Assembly (NCBI GenBank): GCA_051294905.1
Contig: CM119373.1
Location: 25,730,001 to 25,794,000 of the forward strand
Source of the DNA: Botryllus schlosseri
Lineage: Eukaryota
Length of the DNA stretch: 64,000 nucleotides
Reading direction: 5' to 3'
Below are positions 59,651 to 64,000 of this stretch, in pieces. Each line of letters starts with the position of its first letter. The first letter of the stretch is position 1. The position numbers and the translations under genes are program-made. The notes below the pieces were generated by a model. The model was given only the letters and a program-made list of their open reading frames with translations. It had not been told where the DNA came from and did no database searches.

Positions 59651-62600
59651 GAACGCGGCTATATACTTCCAAAATTGCAGCTAGCAACTTCGTGATCAAT
59701 GCAGAAGGACTGACGGCACTGTAAATCGGTGCAATTTTCGAATATATATTCGGGTACTGTAATACGCGAACTTTTTAGCCCTGTCTCAATGATAATTTCA
59801 CACATATACGTGATGGAAACATATCCGCACAGTTCTGTGTACTTCGTACAATCGGAAGTCCAAGAAGCAAGTAATTTGTAGTGGAAATTAAGTTCAGTAG
59901 AATTGTAATTATTCAAAAAGCAAACATAGTGGATTAAAGAGTACAACTGGACAAATAGTACTACAGGGTACCAGGCAGGAACGTAGAAGCACTTCGTCGC
60001 TCCTGACGACCTCTGGGTAACATGGATGTTTTATGACTGGGAAATATTGATTGATTACATATTGATCAAAAGTGCAGATATATGTATGTTTGTATTTTAC
60101 GATTACAATTCTCCATTGTGTATGGTGGACATTCAATGCCAAAGGTCACACACGTAGAAGCAATGCTGAATACAAGTGTATTCCAAACGAATTTCGTAAA
60201 ACTGTACTGTTGGACCTCACCAGTGGCTTACTCCCCCACACTTACGTCCAAAAGTCAATGCTGGATGCAGCTTCATCTTTCACCGCAAGAGATTTAAGAT
60301 CCATGTCTGGTTTGTCCAGCTAGAACAGAACCTTGAATATAAATATTACCAGATTAGTGCAGAACAAATAGTGAAGGGGCGAAATCGTAACGCGTGACAA
60401 TCCACGACTCCCACATTATCATATTGTAGGACTATATTGAATCATTTAGTTGGAAAACTACCATGTCCGAGAATACGCCACTGTGCCTCTGAAGAAACGT
60501 CAAGTTAAACAACCTTGCCATTTTCAGCGAAATGGCACCACCCTGACTTCATTGTTACGAAACCATGCCGACTTCATGCTATCAAAGTTTCAAATACACG
60601 TCCAAGTGGTATCTTTACATAAACATGCTCTGGGGTAATGAGCTTTCCTGGCTGCAGCAAATCTTATGTGTTACTGTTTAGGTCTCTTTGTCGTCCTCAT
60701 GCGGTTAATCACCTGATTATTCATTTTAAGAAGACATCCTGATATCCGAGATGCGATTTGTCCTTGCATTGCATGGCATTAATACCGGCACAAGCATCGC
60801 CTTGTTTAATTTCAAGCATTGCCAAAATTATGCATCTCACAACACTCGATTCTAGCTGTATAGCAATTGACTAAGATACCGGCATAGCGTTAGAAAACTG
60901 TGATGGCCAAACGTGGTGGTCGCGAACTAGATGTCCAATGTCCATGCAGCAGTTTGATTCATTTTCAGCTAGCCTACATTTCACACTTTATTTTGTTCTC
61001 TTCATATCAATGATTGGCATCATCAGTGGAAAAATCGATGACTGCCCAGTACCCATGAAGCCTATTCCATTAGACATTTACGGTAAGTCATATCTGCGTC
61101 AGTAATACCAGACCAGTTTACAGCGAATGCGTTCTACTAGAGTGCAACTACCAATTACCTCAATGTTTAATATCGTATAGCAAGCTACCATGTACCATGG
61201 TACACATAAAGTGTGCGAAATGTATGTTTTTTTCACAACACATCTACGTGCAAGTACGCCCCAAACACGCCCTTCATGCAGTTGAACATTGGTACTTGTG
61301 TCGCGTTGAACGATATAGGCCTACGCAATGTATCGAGATTTCGAAAAGGAAATTATTGTTAGACTGTAACAGAAGCTACAAGATTTCTGTGTTATCGGGG
61401 CTAGAGATAAAATGACTGGACCATCAGATGATCAAGGATGAGCTGTATCTACCATGATTTGCCTTCTATTTTCCAACAGCATAGTACCTATACCTAAAAG
61501 AATAGGGGTTGCCTACTTGTCACGGCCTATTTGTCGTGTGGGCAGTAAACGTGAGTAATCCACCGTCACAGTCCGGGTTGACCTCGCAGATCATGATGTT
61601 TTTTTCAAACGCTATGTGGACCTGAAATCTTCACATCAGAGATAAGCACATCGGAAATTGTCAAATTAAAATCATATTCCTCGTTTGAGATTGAATTCCA
61701 AGTTCACTCCGGCAATGCTGTAGTTTTTTCGAAAGTGGGATGACTATCGAAAATTACTCGATATTTCGTATCCCAATCCAACTGTAAATGCAGCTTTAAA
61801 ATAAACAAATCCAAATTCGGTAAATATCTTCGATTAACTTTTTTTAAACTTCCACAAAGCTGCTGCGTACATAGATGTTTTACCCTTCAACTTTTCAAAT
61901 ATTGTACAAGTCATAAGGGAGTGCAATATAAAATACTCTGCTATACAACAAAAGGTACTGCGTTACCAACAGCGTGATATAAGTCAAATCACTTGCACAA
62001 TCGATTTATTCATAAGTTTTGTTGAATGCGTGTCAATAAAGCAACACCTGATAATATCGCGGGATATCATATTGAAAAACAGTTATGGGCCCTCGCGTCG
62101 CTATCCCCTCGAGATCGCGAGGACTTTACCGCCCATGCAGCGTCGCGTTTGACGCAATCGAACTGTCCGAATGCGTTCGGCAAGTCGCCTTTGATGGCCT
62201 GAAGCCGTCTGTCAACGCCACGAAATTCCCAGTCGCGGTAACGGCGGATCTCTGTAGACTTGAATTTTTCCGTGCTGCTATATGTTGGTACTCTCCGTGG
62301 GATGGAGGTTACCGGTGAGAGCGCATGACTTGATGCAGTTGATTGCCTTTATGAAGTTTGACCGTGTGTTTCCAATTTGTCGACTTCTCCTCTGACGAAA
62401 TACTCGAAGGTTTTGCATACTTTCACTACGTACTCAAATGCTTATCGTTGTAGACTACTTCCACTTCTATAGAACGGTTATCAGTTATTCATGAAAATCT
62501 AAGCCATAAATACCTACTTTTTATGTAAATAGTATCGAGTAATTATATCAGACCGTTCATTTTCTGGATCTAATTTTAATTTGTCTTCAAATGCGACTTT

Positions 62601-64000
62601 AGAACCGCAGTGCTACTTTAATACACATGGTCGTATTCCCATAGCTGTAGTTTTGTTATTGCTGTGACGTCATGTTAAAGATATAATGCAGGCACCATAT
62701 CATTGTCGTTAGATGGAGACAAGAGATGCGCGGCAAATGGTGTTATGCGGCGTACGTTACGATTATGGCACATGTTTTGCAATGTACGATATGTGAACCA
62801 TGAAACGTGATGTAATATTGAAATACTTCAATCTGTACTCAACTAAATTAAGAAATACAGTAGGCCTATATTTTCCAGTGAAGCTCCTGATACATAGAAG
62901 TGAGTTCTGTATTAGGCTAGCATGCGTCGATGATATCATTCATCGAGGGATCCATTGTCTCTTTTAAGAAGAGACTTGAATACTGAGACGACGTTAGCCG
63001 ATTATAGTAGCCTTCTTATCCATTGATTTGGCTGTTTATTCATTCGGCCGTTGACGTATTGGTTCATCAAATTTATTGGCAGAGATATTATATTAGCTAA
63101 CACATAGCTTTAGAAACAATGCCGCTAATAAATTATTATCGATAACAATGTAGTATTGATCGATATTTTTCTGTGTATATTATTTTTCAGATCTAGGGAA
63201 TGTGTTATTTTGCAGTTCCATATGAACCGTGCTAAAGTGGGTAGTTCAGCCAACAAAATTATAGGCAGACGCGTCTCGCTCATATAGAGGTGCGCATTAT
63301 GTGTTTTCGACTTATGTCTGCCCGTAGTTTGTGTTCATTGTCGTGGTGCATGTTGTATAGCGATATTTGCTAGTTGATGTGCTGTTCTGCGTAGTTTCCA
63401 TTGGACTTCACATGCAGTTTTGGACCGTGTGGTTGTATGACAATGATGTTATCGTTATCTAGCTGCCAGGACCAAAAGGGAGAACTAGTTTCGCAGACTG
63501 AACAATGCAGTAATCACCAAAAACATATAAACACGGCTGAATAAAGTGTAGCCTCTAATGTTCAATTCCGTATTCTTTGATTCCGCACACTCGTCGTATA
63601 CGACGGATATTATCAATTCATAATCTGACACTTGCATTATTCCTTGTTACCTTTATGCTACTGTCACCGCTAGAGGGATCGACGAGCTGTGAAATAAAAA
63701 CGTAGGCTACTGCTGCATGTTTCAGTGCATAACACGACTATACACGAAAATTATTTCATCTTGCACTCATAATTTTACAAGCCATTTTGACCACTAACCA
63801 CTAAACATAAATTATGCTACTGCGGTGGCAGACAGCTTTGTGCGACACCGACCAACGTCATGGCGGTAGCCCACGAATTTTCCGTCCAGATTCGCCCTTT
63901 CTGTGACTTCCCAATCGGCTATTTTGGGATTAACTCCACACCGCAGCGATATCGAGCCCGCCCAAGTGCGCTTACAATTCGCAGTGGTTATACAAAAAAG

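Noticed and set aside
36441-61000. Orphan hAT-like ends at 36441 (cagtggttct), 41788 (gtcagcactg) and 60898 (ctgtgatggccaaac)
   Set aside because: No partner TIR or TSD could be located, so boundaries cannot be supported.
27300-61560. Shared 12-mer tcgtgtgggcag(t) at about 27311 and about 61534
   Set aside because: Too short to define a repeat family without a search.

Overview
AT-rich eukaryotic genomic DNA from an invertebrate; an ascidian/tunicate is plausible but cannot be proven from sequence alone. The only complete gene is a Pitx-class paired-like K50 homeobox gene on the + strand, assembled by hand from four exons (12095-12929, 17018-17249, 17887-17953, 21337-21840). All junctions are GT-AG and in phase, giving 1638 nt (545 aa plus stop) with the homeodomain at aa 333-392 and a C-terminal OAR motif. 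The homeobox is split by two introns, so helix 2 lies on its own 67-nt exon, which is the most diverged part of the domain. The probable last two exons of an unidentified upstream gene are at 27-341. The rest (about 11 kb upstream and about 42 kb downstream of Pitx) has no recognisable host gene. It carries many hAT-type MITEs with 8-bp TSDs (three nested pairs), two decayed hAT transposase remnants, two tRNA-derived SINEs, Harbinger-like ends, and CpG-rich blocks that look like enhancers, including FoxH1-like and K50 (TAATCC) site clusters. I found no clearly novel biological system. The best leads are the Pitx exon architecture, a candidate distal alternative first exon, and candidate Nodal/FoxH1 enhancers. 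All motif counts and alignments were done by eye.
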